A program made the translations under genes and the position numbers. From the NCBI GenBank assembly GCA_044507735.1, contig JBIQJB010000002.1:1-64000 (forward strand): a stretch of 64,000 nt of DNA. The letters run 5' to 3'. Shown piece by piece: positions 44,540 to 55,905 of the stretch. This DNA is from Nitrosopumilales archaeon. GTDB lineage: Archaea; Thermoproteota; Nitrososphaeria; Nitrososphaerales; Nitrososphaeraceae. Within the stretch, counting starts at the first letter, position 1, and every line of letters begins with the position of its first letter. The notes under the pieces are model-generated. The model was not told the DNA's origin. It worked only from the letters and a program-made list of their open reading frames with translations, and did not search any database.

Positions 44540-45259
44540 TTATTGCGTATTAACAACAGCCCTCCCATCTATTCCCATCAGGATGTCTTGATGCAGCTCT
44601 GGCCAAGCTATCGCTATCAACACTAGGTATGATTTGCCATTTGTCACTCCCGGAGGAATTACAAATTCCGCGTCACGTCCTGTGTGGTCAATCGCTGTTG
44701 GAATGCGCAATTCGTCACCATTCTTTGAAAGGAGAATGACATCGACGTCTATTGGAGGCTGCAACGTTATGTTTTCAAACATGAATGTCATCTGACCACC
44801 TGCATACAATGTTAGGGTCGAATCCGACATTCCTCCAAGAGATGTTGTTGCATTTTCCGGTTGTATTATCTTCATCGTCCCTTCATTACCTGTGAAGTTG
44901 ATCAATCCAAGAGGATCAATGTCTCTAGGTTGGTGCTGTTCCGGTACGCCGGGTTGGTTGGAATCAGTAATTACTATCACTTTTGAATCTCCTGACGTTA
45001 TGTTCTCTATGAAGCTGCGAACCAGAGCATTGCGCTGTTCTTCTGCAGACGGCACAGTAGGTACTGTCTGATTGCCGCCAAACTGTGTAGCATTAGATAA
45101 TGTTGTTGCAGATTGATTGTTACCACTTGTAGCAGTAACGTTGCTTTCAGAAGCAGTTGCAGTTGCCATTGCTGTGGGTGATATGACGATGGCTCCAACG
45201 ACAGAAAGGACACCTAATGTCGCAAGAAGGGTGATTATAGCAACGCGTTTCGTTGACAT
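44540..45259 (-). CDS. Secreted, probably N-glycosylated hypothetical protein
   Basis: Signal peptide; many NxS/T sequons (NVT, NQS, NAT, NQT, NIT, NFT). Confidence 0.75.
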   Translation of the reverse strand: MSTKRVAIITLLATLGVLSVVGAIVISPTAMATATASESNVTATSGNNQSATTLSNATQFGGNQTVPTVPSAEEQRNALVRSFIENITSGDSKVIVITDSNQPGVPEQHQPRDIDPLGLINFTGNEGTMKIIQPENATTSLGGMSDSTLTLYAGGQMTFMFENITLQPPIDVDVILLSKNGDELRIPTAIDHTGRDAEFVIPPGVTNGKSYLVLIAIAWPELHQDILMGIDGRAVVNTQ

Positions 45260-46029
45260 GAGACCCTTGGTAGAACATTTTATTTAAACTGGTACTCCGA
45301 CAGCTTATGGATTAAGAGTCTCACACATGTTTATTTCCGAAATATTGGCGTCTATGTTACAGTACTTGCTTTGGATGCCATGATAGTTATCATTACATAT
45401 CTTGTTTACTCCTAAGAAAAGTCGGCATATTGTTCTAGGCGATGATATTTTATCCAACTCTGGCTTTTTGCCAATCTTCCTTCTTCCTTCCAGATCATGA
45501 CTCTCAAAGATATTGTTGGATGGCCAAAGCTGCATTGCCAAGATTACTATTTACCACAGAGCAACAAACGACCTCAATTGTAGATCATAAGATACAATGA
45601 TGTTCCGTGATGTTTGAGACAACACAAGAAATCAATTCACCCTTTTGCCAGTTGCAGCTTGTCGTGTTTTCAAGAGCCGTACATCTTCTTCATTTACGTG
45701 ATCTCGCAGCGCCAAATGGCATGCCTTCTCAAGACCATGGGCGATTGGCTTGACCCTGACGTGAAAAATGTGTTGTTTGTGAAGATCCAATTGCAGGCTA
45801 GCTGGTGATTGTCAAGACAAGATAGCTATTATATTAAGGAGCACCAGAAGTCCAGTGTTTTTAAAATCGCTTTTGAGGATCCGTCTTTGATACAATCAAT
45901 CTAAAGGAACTACTGTAACTTTTGGTACTGCGATATCTTCGGGCACACAAAATTGGAGAAAATTTTTCGCGCCAATTAATTGAAAAACGATTTTTATGCC
46001 AAACTGTAATAGGATGACGTGGCATCTTC

Positions 46030-46947
46030 GTGGCGCATATAGGAGATAGCACAGTGCAATGTCTTCATGGATTGTGCATATTGAAAGCTGACGAAGACGT
46101 ATCTATCATCTACGAAACAGTAAACAGGTTGCTGTGCGAAGGCTATGCAATCATTTATGCAATCAATGAGCGAGGAATGGGAGAGATCGACGCCAACGCT
46201 TCAAGAATCCAACTCATCAATCAAATCTACTCAAGAATGAAGCAGTCGCAGATCATTGGTGACATAGAATCTCATATCGAAAGCGGAGCGCTGACGATTG
46301 TAGACGCAAGAGACATGTACCGCTATTCTCCTTCTGAAAAGGTTGATGCTGAAAGAGTGCTAAAGCAATGGATCTCATTAATTCAAACTGTCGGGAAGAA
46401 AGGGAATTTCAAGGATGTTGCAGTTATCTCCGGCGGAGTTGAGGTATTTTCAGACGCCAATCATCTGGACGATCTTATAGCTTATGAGCGAGCAATTTCC
46501 GAGTCTGTCAACCAGTTACGCTCGCTGCGTGTAGTCTGCTGCTATTTGAAAGAATCTCTGGACGAGTTCCAATTTGCTCATTTAATGTCGATCATTAATG
46601 CTCATCAGTGCATTATTGGACACGTTGAAGATAGCGAAGAATCTAGAAAGATGGATGCTGCTGTCATGCTCGAAGCAATCGTACGTGGAATAGAAGACGC
46701 ATTAGGTGAAGGAAGTGGTAAATTGATAATTCAGACAATGAAGACAGTTTATAGAATCGATGAGGATACCATCCTGTCTAATCCCAATCTGTTCCAAGAA
46801 AAGATGCAACGACTGCTCGGTAACACATCAAGAATCGTTCTTGATTCTGCTAACAGGAGGATTAAAGAAATGCTTCTTGTAGCAGGACTCTCGACGATGA
46901 TGGTCATGGCCACTATGTTTTCTTCAGTGGTAACAAATATGGGATAA
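46030..46947 (+). CDS. MEDS-domain sensory protein with helical C-terminal domain
   Basis: IESGALTIVDARDMY, LIAYE..VVCCY..L.SIINAH MEDS pattern; IEDALGEGSGKLI..P.LFQEK..LLG. Confidence 0.75.
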   Translation: MAHIGDSTVQCLHGLCILKADEDVSIIYETVNRLLCEGYAIIYAINERGMGEIDANASRIQLINQIYSRMKQSQIIGDIESHIESGALTIVDARDMYRYSPSEKVDAERVLKQWISLIQTVGKKGNFKDVAVISGGVEVFSDANHLDDLIAYERAISESVNQLRSLRVVCCYLKESLDEFQFAHLMSIINAHQCIIGHVEDSEESRKMDAAVMLEAIVRGIEDALGEGSGKLIIQTMKTVYRIDEDTILSNPNLFQEKMQRLLGNTSRIVLDSANRRIKEMLLVAGLSTMMVMATMFSSVVTNMG

Positions 46948-47317
46948 GAGGTCGCCTTGATGTGCTTATCCCTTCATTCAAGAGTTCTCAACAGGAATGC
47001 TAGTGTGAATAAGCTCTATAGATTCAACTTACAAGATCCGAGAATCACTCGATTTCACGTAATGCATGCCGGAGGATAAGAATGATACAACAGTAGCGTT
47101 CCCGGTTTCACAAGGCTACAAGACAATTACAGAAACGCTCTCTATTCTTGCCTTCAGCGTCCTACAACAACTTTTTCACTAACCTACTCACACTGGAAAA
47201 ATGCGAGAGACCTTCTGCCTAGATTATCATAGCTCTCATTATTTAACAATGTATATCAGGAAGTATTTGTATTAGATTGAGATCTAGGAGGAGGAATGTG
47301 GCGCCGTGGGGACCGGG

Positions 47318-47893
47318 ATGAAAATTCTCATTGCAGAAGATGAGCCCGATATAGCACGATCCTATAAATTAACTCTGGAAGAGAGGGGGCATAGTGTACT
47401 ATTAGCAAGTGATGGGGTGGACTGCCTTGCAAAATACCAGGATGAGTGGTTGAAGATTCGAAATACTCAGGATCTTGACCGATTTGGAATCGAAATGCCT
47501 TTTGAAATTGACAACGATCATCCATTCCATGCAATCATCCTTGACTACAAGATGCCAAAGATGGATGGTCTTGAAGTCGCCAAGGAAATACTGGCAATCA
47601 ATCCGCACCAGAGGATAATCTTCGCGTCTGCCTACTTGAAAGAGACGTTGGAAATCTCGACAAGTAGCCTCGCCCCAGAGTTGATGCAGAAGCCTTTCGA
47701 TGAGCAAGCACTGATAGACAGAGTAGAAGATGCTAGTATTTACAGTGAATTGAAGAAACTGGGTGTTGATGCCGACGCACTAAAAGCAGTAAACCCTTCG
47801 CACGAAATAATAAAACAACTCCTGGATAACATACGACGACTGCAAGAAAGTCTAGGACCGAGAAGTGATAGCGATGTATCAATGACACAATGA
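47318..47893 (+). CDS. Response regulator (receiver domain)
   Basis: KILIAEDE, IILDYKMPKMDGLEV, IIFASAY, QKPF. Confidence 0.93.
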   Translation: MKILIAEDEPDIARSYKLTLEERGHSVLLASDGVDCLAKYQDEWLKIRNTQDLDRFGIEMPFEIDNDHPFHAIILDYKMPKMDGLEVAKEILAINPHQRIIFASAYLKETLEISTSSLAPELMQKPFDEQALIDRVEDASIYSELKKLGVDADALKAVNPSHEIIKQLLDNIRRLQESLGPRSDSDVSMTQ

Positions 47894-47944
47894 CGTATTT
47901 GACTTTTCTGGGATTGATTCGTTCAGCATGTTCCTCATCCAGTC

Positions 47945-49732
47945 TTAATCTGCTTCTTGTTCTGCATCCACTGACGCCGAAGGATATGTAGCCTTGGTTG
48001 GGAGGCTGAACCAGAATGTCGCTCCCTTGTCCTTGTTGTTCTCTACACCAATGCGGCCACCATGAGCTTCAATGATGCTTCTTGATATGTATAGTCCCAG
48101 GCCAAATCCCTTGTCTGATTTCATTGAAGGCTTTGTGAAGAGATGAGAAAGCACCTCTTTAGAAATGCCCGGACCACTATCTCTTACTGACACTGTTGCC
48201 AAGTCTCCTTCCTTTGTTGCGGAAATCCATATACTGCCTCCTTGCGACGAATATGTTAATGCATTTTTGAGTAGGTTGGTAATCACCTGAAAAATTCTTA
48301 TTGGATCTGCACGAATCATGATTGGCTCATTTTTTGGTTCAAAGATTACTTGACGGTCCTCTACAACGTAATGGTAGCAGCCCATTTCTTGGCTATTGTA
48401 GTTGACGATGCTACTGCTTGCATCACTTCTTGAGGGCCTTTCGTCATCAATTGTATTCAATACGATGTCTCCTATTGTGTCGTTCACGTTGAAAAGTTCC
48501 GGGTTTATCCTTAGAATTTTGCTTTCGATCCTTGCCACATCCAAAATATCTTCTGTCAATCTTTGGAGACGAATGGCGCTTCGGGCCACTATATCGATAC
48601 GTTCATTTTCTGGCATCTTTCTCTTGAGTGCCTTTGCATTCATTAGTATTGGTTGGATGGGTGTCCTCAATTCGTGAGCTGCCATGTTGATAAATTGCTG
48701 CTGAGCGCGGTCGTGATCCTTGAGTCGTTCATACATCTCCGTTTGCTTCCAGAGACTTTCAAAAATTGCAGAATAAGATGATGCGATCGACTCGCTATTT
48801 GAATATGTGGCTATGCCTGATGCTTGATACGGATCGTCGGCATTGTCATCGTGAACCTCCCAAACCATCACCTCCTTTCTATCTATTATCATAATAGTTA
48901 TCCTTGTTTGTAGATCCTTATCCGATATTCTGAGTTGTATTCTTGAGTTTTCTGATAAAACCTTGGTTGCGATTTTTTCAGTCTGCTCCCCAGAACTGGG
49001 GGTTAGCAGCCTTATCTTCACAGATTCATTCTTTCGCAGTATCTGAGCATAAATATCGGGAGCAAGACTCATGGACAGTTCAAAAACATGAGGAGTGGCA
49101 AAAATCACCATTACTTCTTTCTTGGCACGTTTCATGATTTCAAAAGCACGTTCTACTGATTCCCTTGGATCAAAAATGACATCTATACGTGTGGGCTTTA
49201 TCTCCTTTTCAATTTCGAGCACTCGCTGTTCTATGGGTATTGCCTTGTTCCATAGTGTATCAAAGAGGTATTGGTTTTGATCTACTAGTACTCTGACATT
49301 GCTGTAAATGACCTGTGTGAGTGGCTTTCCTTTCTCGAGTGTTGCAGCTGTAGCCATGTATGCATTTTCGCTTACAGCCAGTCCCCCCTTTACGTTATCA
49401 AGGTGTCTAAGTTCAGTGACGAGCTTTGAGAGCTTTTTGCAATAGTCCAAATTTTCTCGTGTAACCTCGGTGATAACTCTTATCTTACCTCCCCGTTCTA
49501 GTACTCCAAGATATCCCTCCCTATACGCATCAACTTCCACAACTATGGAGGGCGCATTTTGGTCATAGCACAAATCCATCTCCCGCCTTACAGCGGCCAT
49601 GAATTCAATGCCTTTGCCTACTGCATTTTCAATGCCATAAAGAACTTCAGTCTTTTCATTAGCAATATCGCGCCGGTGGTTCACATCAAATGCGCTATCG
49701 ACCACGTAATGAGAATAGGTTTCCTCTTGCAA
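47945..49732 (-). CDS. Cytoplasmic sensor histidine kinase
   Basis: AAHELRTPIQPI H-box, NLLKNA, DSGPG, GLGLYISRSIIEAHGG; two PLD/TrmB-like N-terminal domains. Confidence 0.95.
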   Translation of the reverse strand: MQEETYSHYVVDSAFDVNHRRDIANEKTEVLYGIENAVGKGIEFMAAVRREMDLCYDQNAPSIVVEVDAYREGYLGVLERGGKIRVITEVTRENLDYCKKLSKLVTELRHLDNVKGGLAVSENAYMATAATLEKGKPLTQVIYSNVRVLVDQNQYLFDTLWNKAIPIEQRVLEIEKEIKPTRIDVIFDPRESVERAFEIMKRAKKEVMVIFATPHVFELSMSLAPDIYAQILRKNESVKIRLLTPSSGEQTEKIATKVLSENSRIQLRISDKDLQTRITIMIIDRKEVMVWEVHDDNADDPYQASGIATYSNSESIASSYSAIFESLWKQTEMYERLKDHDRAQQQFINMAAHELRTPIQPILMNAKALKRKMPENERIDIVARSAIRLQRLTEDILDVARIESKILRINPELFNVNDTIGDIVLNTIDDERPSRSDASSSIVNYNSQEMGCYHYVVEDRQVIFEPKNEPIMIRADPIRIFQVITNLLKNALTYSSQGGSIWISATKEGDLATVSVRDSGPGISKEVLSHLFTKPSMKSDKGFGLGLYISRSIIEAHGGRIGVENNKDKGATFWFSLPTKATYPSASVDAEQEAD

Positions 49733-50551
49733 TATTTAATACTCTCTATTAGCTCAAACGTTTCTTCTAGTTTTTTGTCAGTTTGGATTAGCGGAACTTT
49801 GCCTTTGATGTATTGATGGAACTTAACCAGAAGAATCATGCGAAGAAGGACCTAAACACTAATCACGAATCTGAAAAAGCCAAGGCAGCGGTGTAACGAG
49901 CTATCCTCCAACTGAAAACCTCAATCCTTCAAGGCTGGCGTGTTGGGTGCTCGCGAAGCATGGCTGTTTTTTTCTCTATAACGTACTAGCGGTTGTGATC
50001 GATGGTTGGAGAATGGCAACCAGTAAAAGGTTTTCATGCCTGAGAATGGCGCAAGGCATTATACGCTTGTCATGCTCTTCTGGACATAGGGGAGCAAGAA
50101 GAAAGTCTGGTTCATCTTCAGCCCTGTGCAAATAGTGGAAGGTGAACCGATGAGTTCAAGGTTTCCACTTGTCAAATATCACGCGCAGTACGCAATACGC
50201 TGCCAGGAGGTACGGAGAGACAGAAAGGTCGTATTTTTTCTCTAGAAGAGTACCACGCACCTCAGCACGACACTCTGCGGGTCAAAAGCTCATCCGGCAG
50301 CCCCCGATGCTAAAAATAAAGTCGCTCCCAAAAAAATGGAGGTGCCAAACCTCAACTCCGTCGGAGTAGCTGCGTACATACCAATAATGGTGTCCATCAA
50401 GATACTGATAACACCGATTCAGAAACGAGCGCGGGTTCCTAAGAAAATATTCGCCTGAGCTGTGGGATTCGACTCTCCTTGCTATTATCAGAATCTGCAG
50501 ATGAACGGCAATCATGAAGCAGAGCAACTATCAGAAGTTGTCTTTTGACAG

Positions 50552-52102
50552 CTACTTGGCGCGATCTTGTTTCTGATCTAGTTGCTCTATACTATTGCCT
50601 ACAGCAACGCCCTTTGATCTATACCGAGACATCAGGAGGAGCGATACGAGGAGGAAGATGCCGGAAATGCCAAAGGTCGTGCCATAGCCGAATCTCGCTA
50701 CAAATTCTCCGATACAAAGTGATCCTAAAAGTGCTCCTCCGCCCGTAACACTTGAGCTTACTCCCAGCATTTTTCCTTTCTTGCCGCTTGCTTTTGGGGC
50801 GTCATTTTTCGAGAGAGTCATTACTCTTCCAAATAACAGAGAGTTGGTCGTAGTGTGCCACATAGTGAATCCAATTTGCAATGCAACGAAGGAAATTGCT
50901 GATGCAACCAATAGGAAGGCAGAATTTCCCGATAGCATGCTAGCTGCTACAACTATGATTCCGATACCAACAAGCCTAGGCCAATATGACCATGAGGTTG
51001 CCTTGATTGCGCCCCCTAGGCGACTAACAAACTGGTTGTTGAAGGGTAACAATGCGATTTTGGAAAGGTGAAGAACGGCAGTTGCAATGAACACCTCCGC
51101 ATCCGATATGCCATTATCTTTTAGGAATGGCGTATAGGGCCCAAATAGCATGGCAGCAGATATGTAAAAGAAGAGAGTCGATCCAAGTAGCAATAATAAT
51201 CCCCTTTCCATATTCTGGGTACTTGCCTTCCAGTGAAACAACAATGATGATAGAACTGGTGACGAACTCTTCTTTCCTTTCATTTTCTCATCGATTGTTT
51301 TGTAGTCTTTACATTCCTTGGTAGCGACATCCTTGTTCCCGTCCCTGCACCCCATTGAATATTGAGTAAGACTTGCTATCACTCGCACGAATGTGTGATA
51401 CAAGATGGCAGAGGGCAAGATCTTCAGAATTCTTGACAAGTCCTGAAATACATCCCGTTGTTTTGGTCTTGCAACCTCCTCCAACCTAGCTCCTCGCAGA
51501 AGAACTGATGCCATAGCAATCGATATGCCTGCAAAAGCAATCGATGCAAAAGCCAGCGACCTCGTTTCGAATGAATAGTTCAGCCACAAGTATCCTGTGA
51601 GCATAGACAGTACGGCACCGGAAGAGCTCAGTAGCACGCTAGAGCTGAGAAGTCTTACCCACGAATCACTCTTGGCATTTTCCATCACCAAGGTATTCAA
51701 GGAAACTGCGGATCCTATGCTAAAGAAGCCCACCAGTGCAGAGAACAAGAGCAAAAGATGGATATCAGAATCCAGTAACAAAATTAATGCACCAACACCA
51801 GACATTCCTGCCAAGCAAAGGAGCACCAATGCCCTGCGCCAATGGGTAGCATCTGAGAGCTTGCCCCAGAAAAAGGCCCCGATCATCATTGCCAAGTTCG
51901 TAAGAAAAATAGCGAAAGCTATGTCCTTGACAGTGCCTCCGAGCTGAAGCATGTATAATGGAATTATCGTTGTTAGAGAGCTTGCGCTCGCATCCGTTCC
52001 AATCAAGTACCACATCCACCTTGGTGGTTCAAACGTGGCAGATGACGGGACGAATCGATGTATGCTATGAAGTGATGATGATATAATGGATGCCTTGCAC
52101 AC
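50552..52102 (-). CDS. MFS transporter
   Basis: About 12 TM helices, WGKLSDA..RR motif A, long central loop; start uncertain. Confidence 0.85.
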   Translation of the reverse strand: MCKASIISSSLHSIHRFVPSSATFEPPRWMWYLIGTDASASSLTTIIPLYMLQLGGTVKDIAFAIFLTNLAMMIGAFFWGKLSDATHWRRALVLLCLAGMSGVGALILLLDSDIHLLLLFSALVGFFSIGSAVSLNTLVMENAKSDSWVRLLSSSVLLSSSGAVLSMLTGYLWLNYSFETRSLAFASIAFAGISIAMASVLLRGARLEEVARPKQRDVFQDLSRILKILPSAILYHTFVRVIASLTQYSMGCRDGNKDVATKECKDYKTIDEKMKGKKSSSPVLSSLLFHWKASTQNMERGLLLLLGSTLFFYISAAMLFGPYTPFLKDNGISDAEVFIATAVLHLSKIALLPFNNQFVSRLGGAIKATSWSYWPRLVGIGIIVVAASMLSGNSAFLLVASAISFVALQIGFTMWHTTTNSLLFGRVMTLSKNDAPKASGKKGKMLGVSSSVTGGGALLGSLCIGEFVARFGYGTTFGISGIFLLVSLLLMSRYRSKGVAVGNSIEQLDQKQDRAK

Positions 52103-52518
52103 TTTGTTCCTTACGGCACAGCAACACTAGTTTTTGCTGCTGTTTCTTAGTCCCTCTCAACAGTAATTGGATAATACACACCTATAACATGATCCCTTAA
52201 AATATAACGCTAAGTCCAGATGCCACACGATTAATAATCAAATGATTATACGATTGCGGGTCAAGAATTGTAGATCATTGCTCAATATCTCCAAGAATTA
52301 GCCACTTTTATTCTTCAAAAGACTAAGCAGCAAGATCACTATTCACAAAAATGCAGTTCACGATACTTGTGTCATACATAGATGATTATTATATCTTGAA
52401 TCCTGTCTTCCTCCTTCCACTCGCTTTTTTGCTGGTGGGGTGAGTTATCGTATTCTTGCCCTTGCTAAATAACCAAGTTCAGGTGAAGTATCAGAAAATC
52501 CATGAAAACTCCGATATC

Positions 52519-52926
52519 TTATTTTTCCTGATTCGACAATGGTGTGCTGTTACTGATGCATGTATCCATTTCATCCAACATTGCATCAATTTTTTTCTTG
52601 ATCACAGGCTCAATTGCATAGCCAATATGTTCGCCCACCTCCCTTCCTTGACAATAAAACTTTAGCGTAGGTGTTCCATCTATCGATATCTTCTCCAGCA
52701 GCTCTTGGTTTTGCGGCTCGTCTACCATTAGTTTTAGAAAGGAGAGATTGCCTTCATACTGGTCGGACAGCTTACTATACAGTGGATCCAACATCATGCA
52801 GAACCCGCAGTATGCAGCACTAAAGTTTACTACAACTGGCTTTTTGGAGTTGATAACTTTCTGTTCCCACGTTTTCGCAGTTACCTTTTCTACAGCCATC
52901 TTCCCATATGCAACAAGAGTGCTCAT
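52519..52926 (-). CDS. Thioredoxin family protein
   Basis: VVVNFSAAYCGFC, GTPTL. Confidence 0.88.
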   Translation of the reverse strand: MSTLVAYGKMAVEKVTAKTWEQKVINSKKPVVVNFSAAYCGFCMMLDPLYSKLSDQYEGNLSFLKLMVDEPQNQELLEKISIDGTPTLKFYCQGREVGEHIGYAIEPVIKKKIDAMLDEMDTCISNSTPLSNQEK

Positions 52927-53264
52927 GACAATTAAGAATTCAACTTCTTGTCAATCGTCTGCATTGTAGCATCTGTCTCCCAAGGTACATGCAGCATAAG
53001 TGCATATACTGTAAGTGGTAGTTTAGTGGGTAATTCCTTGACGGGCATGAGTATTGGGCTTTTTTGCTCATTTTACTCGCATTCTTGCAGTGCATGCGTG
53101 TTGGCTTGCAACATCAATGATCAATTTTCTTCTACACTACTGCGACTGCTATTATAGCTGCAGGCTATTGCGACCTTTTGACTGCTAAATCCCTTTTTGC
53201 CAGACCTTCATTACAATGGAGTATTGAGAATCAACTGCCGCTGCGACAAACGTAACCAAACTGT

Positions 53265-53744
53265 CTACAGGTCTGATCTCTCTTCGGCTTGAATGGCTTC
53301 CAAGATTCTTGCACTGACTTCATTCATGTCGATGTTGGCCCGCAGGTACCTGTTGAGGTCACTTGGCGCAACGATTCCCACTGGTTTTCTGCTCTGGCCG
53401 TCTACCACAAGCAGATGTCTGACCTTGTTGCTCAGCATTAAATCTGCTGCAGTCTCGACAGTTGCATGTCCTTCTACCGTTGCAACAGGCGAGGACAATA
53501 TTTCTCTGACGCTTACTTCTTTAGCGTTCAATCCTTCGGCGCATACGCGATTAACAAGATCTCTTTCTGTGACTATCCCTACTGGACTCTCTCCCTTGTC
53601 CTTGTCTGCAATCAGAAGTGAGCTGATATGCATTTCTCTCATTTTTTTGGCAGCTTCTTGGGCATTTTCTTTGATGTCTATTGTTACCAATTCTGACGAC
53701 ATTATTTCGCTTACAGCGTTCTTCATGAACGAGTATGCTTGCAA
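53265..53744 (-). CDS. CBS-pair protein
   Basis: VGIVTERDL..ILSSPV..VRHLLVVD..VGIV. Confidence 0.9.
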   Translation of the reverse strand: MQAYSFMKNAVSEIMSSELVTIDIKENAQEAAKKMREMHISSLLIADKDKGESPVGIVTERDLVNRVCAEGLNAKEVSVREILSSPVATVEGHATVETAADLMLSNKVRHLLVVDGQSRKPVGIVAPSDLNRYLRANIDMNEVSARILEAIQAEERSDL

Positions 53745-53788
53745 TCTATTCTATAATAGAATATCCACAACTGCGCGATGACATGATT

Positions 53789-54420
53789 TCATGCAACTAC
53801 ATATTCATTCGAGTTTGCAGGGTTTTTCATCATGAAGTAAATCACAATAATTGCAATTCCAAATGCAACTAGTAAGAGGTGATTGAAGGAACAAATACAA
53901 GGTGAAAAACCGACGATTCCAAGGATGCTCTGTAGTGGGTAGGGTGGTAACTGCCATGAAGTGGATGACGGCAAAAATACAATCGTCGTATGAACGGAAA
54001 TGACGTAATGTGAATGTGGAGATACTGGGTTTATGTATTCAAGAGACAAGGGAAACAGATGTTGGGTCAATGGGGTAAAAGCAGTTCTCGCCAACCTGGC
54101 TACGGCGATGTTCTTCGGCATCCTATATTCTTGCTACCTAATTCTTACAGGTAGATGTGGGACTGAGATGCAGTTGCCAGATCAACTATCGAGCTTGTGG
54201 CAAATGTGGCATAGACTGTATCTCCTCTCGAAATAATAGCTGATATTGCAATTGGCAGAAATGGCGGAGGCAAATCGCCCATGGAAAAGTCACAGAGCTG
54301 GAAATGATATGGGATGGTACATCGACAAATTGATACACTATTGTGGATACTCTTACACAGCATCGGATTCCCAATATGTTACTCGTACACTCCAACTTCC
54401 AGGGCAAGTAACACAAAAGA
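53789..54420 (-). pseudogene. Possible decayed APC-family amino-acid permease (C-terminal part)
   Basis: Broken frames: ATFATSSIV, RMPK, PYP..ILGIVG, LLVAFGIAIIVIYF. Confidence 0.4.
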
Positions 54421-54523
54421 TAACTGTCTACTTTTTGTTACACTGAGCATTGCTCGAAAAGTGTATCACTTAGCTGACAAGCATCGCCTCTCATGGATTT
54501 GAATAGTCAGAAGCAATATTCTT

Positions 54524-55459
54524 TTACGGTGCAAGGACTATCTTTCCTCTTGGACGCACATTTCTTTGATAGTCCAGCGCTTCGGCTGCTTTGTCCAGGG
54601 GAAACGTCTTTTCCACGTTTACGCGCACGTTGTTCTTGTCTACCCATTCAGCTAGTTTGGTCAGGCGGTCTCTGTTTACTTGCGTGAACTGGAACGCTGC
54701 TTTTGCTCCAAATTGTTCCATCAGCTGCTGGTCGGGCTGCTCTAGCATCGAGACAATAATGCCGCCTCTCCTTAGTACCTTGAACGACCTTCTATAGGTA
54801 TCACCTCCTACCGTGTCAAATACCGCATCGCAATCATGCGTCACATTCTCAAAGGCTTGGTTCTTGTAGTCTATTATCTCGTCGGCCCCTAGCTCCTTTG
54901 CAAATTGCATGTCGTTTGTGCTGATTGTTGTCGCGACATGGGCACCAAGATGTTTGGCCAGCTGGATAGATATAGAGCCAATCCCGCCCGCCCCTCCGTG
55001 AATCAGAATTTTTTGACCGTTTTCTAGAGCCATGTTCTCCACAAGTGCCTGCCATGCACTGACGCCTACGAGCGGAATGCCGGCCGCTTCTTGGTGGCTC
55101 AGGCTTTTTGGCTTGTGTGCAATGCTATCTGCATTTGCCAAGGCCATTTCTGCGAAGGCTCCGGTCCCACCACGCAAGACGGATGCCTGTCCGTACACAT
55201 CGTCACCTTGATTAATGCCACGGACCTCGGTTCCAGCTTTTTCTACCGTGCCAGAAAAGTCCATTCCGATAGTCAAAGGGAAGTCAAGCTGCATTGTATG
55301 TCTCATGTACCCCTCTCTTATCTTCCAGTCTACTGGATTTACGCCAGCAGCCTTTACAGTTACGAGGACCTTTTCACTAGATGGATCGGGCAGAGAAGTA
55401 TTCTGATTTATTACAATCACGTCGCTACCGCCGTATCTCCTCATCTGAGCGGATTTCAT
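54524..55459 (-). CDS. NADP-dependent oxidoreductase (MDR/Qor family)
   Basis: AAGVNPVDWKIREG, GMDFSG, ILIHGGAGGIG, GKIVL. Confidence 0.93.
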   Translation of the reverse strand: MKSAQMRRYGGSDVIVINQNTSLPDPSSEKVLVTVKAAGVNPVDWKIREGYMRHTMQLDFPLTIGMDFSGTVEKAGTEVRGINQGDDVYGQASVLRGGTGAFAEMALANADSIAHKPKSLSHQEAAGIPLVGVSAWQALVENMALENGQKILIHGGAGGIGSISIQLAKHLGAHVATTISTNDMQFAKELGADEIIDYKNQAFENVTHDCDAVFDTVGGDTYRRSFKVLRRGGIIVSMLEQPDQQLMEQFGAKAAFQFTQVNRDRLTKLAEWVDKNNVRVNVEKTFPLDKAAEALDYQRNVRPRGKIVLAP

Positions 55460-55905
55460 ACCCCTGTAGTCTCCTCATCGCCTATAACCGGTTACGCGCA
55501 TTATTCTCTCTGACTTTGTCATTTGCCATGTTGTGACATATTTTCAAGGAGGTGATGGCAAGAGCTGCTCTGTTGCATAAATCTGAAACAAGCACATGAT
55601 GCCCGAAAATGTGCACCAAGCAGCCGCAAATCGCACATTTGGGATGCGTTTGTGTTGAAAACTTTTAAGAATAACGATTTTTGTGAGTCATGGAACAGAG
55701 CATCATACGACATGTGCAGATATGCTCATCACAAGACTACAAGCATACCCTCCAAAATTGCGTTGTTGTATGTAGTGTAAGAGAACACCTTTTTGTTGCC
55801 ACTGAGCAATTAGGCAGAACTGTTGGTTCGAACTCTAGATTTGAGATGCCTAGAGGCGCCTGCTAAAGTGCAAATTTCTTATAGAACTTTTGTCTTACGC
55901 CAAGC

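Noticed and set aside
47066-47182. Short ORF MPEDKNDTTVAFPVSQGYKTITETLSILAFSVLQQLFH resembling the helical domain of the MEDS protein
   Set aside because: Similarity too short to support a call
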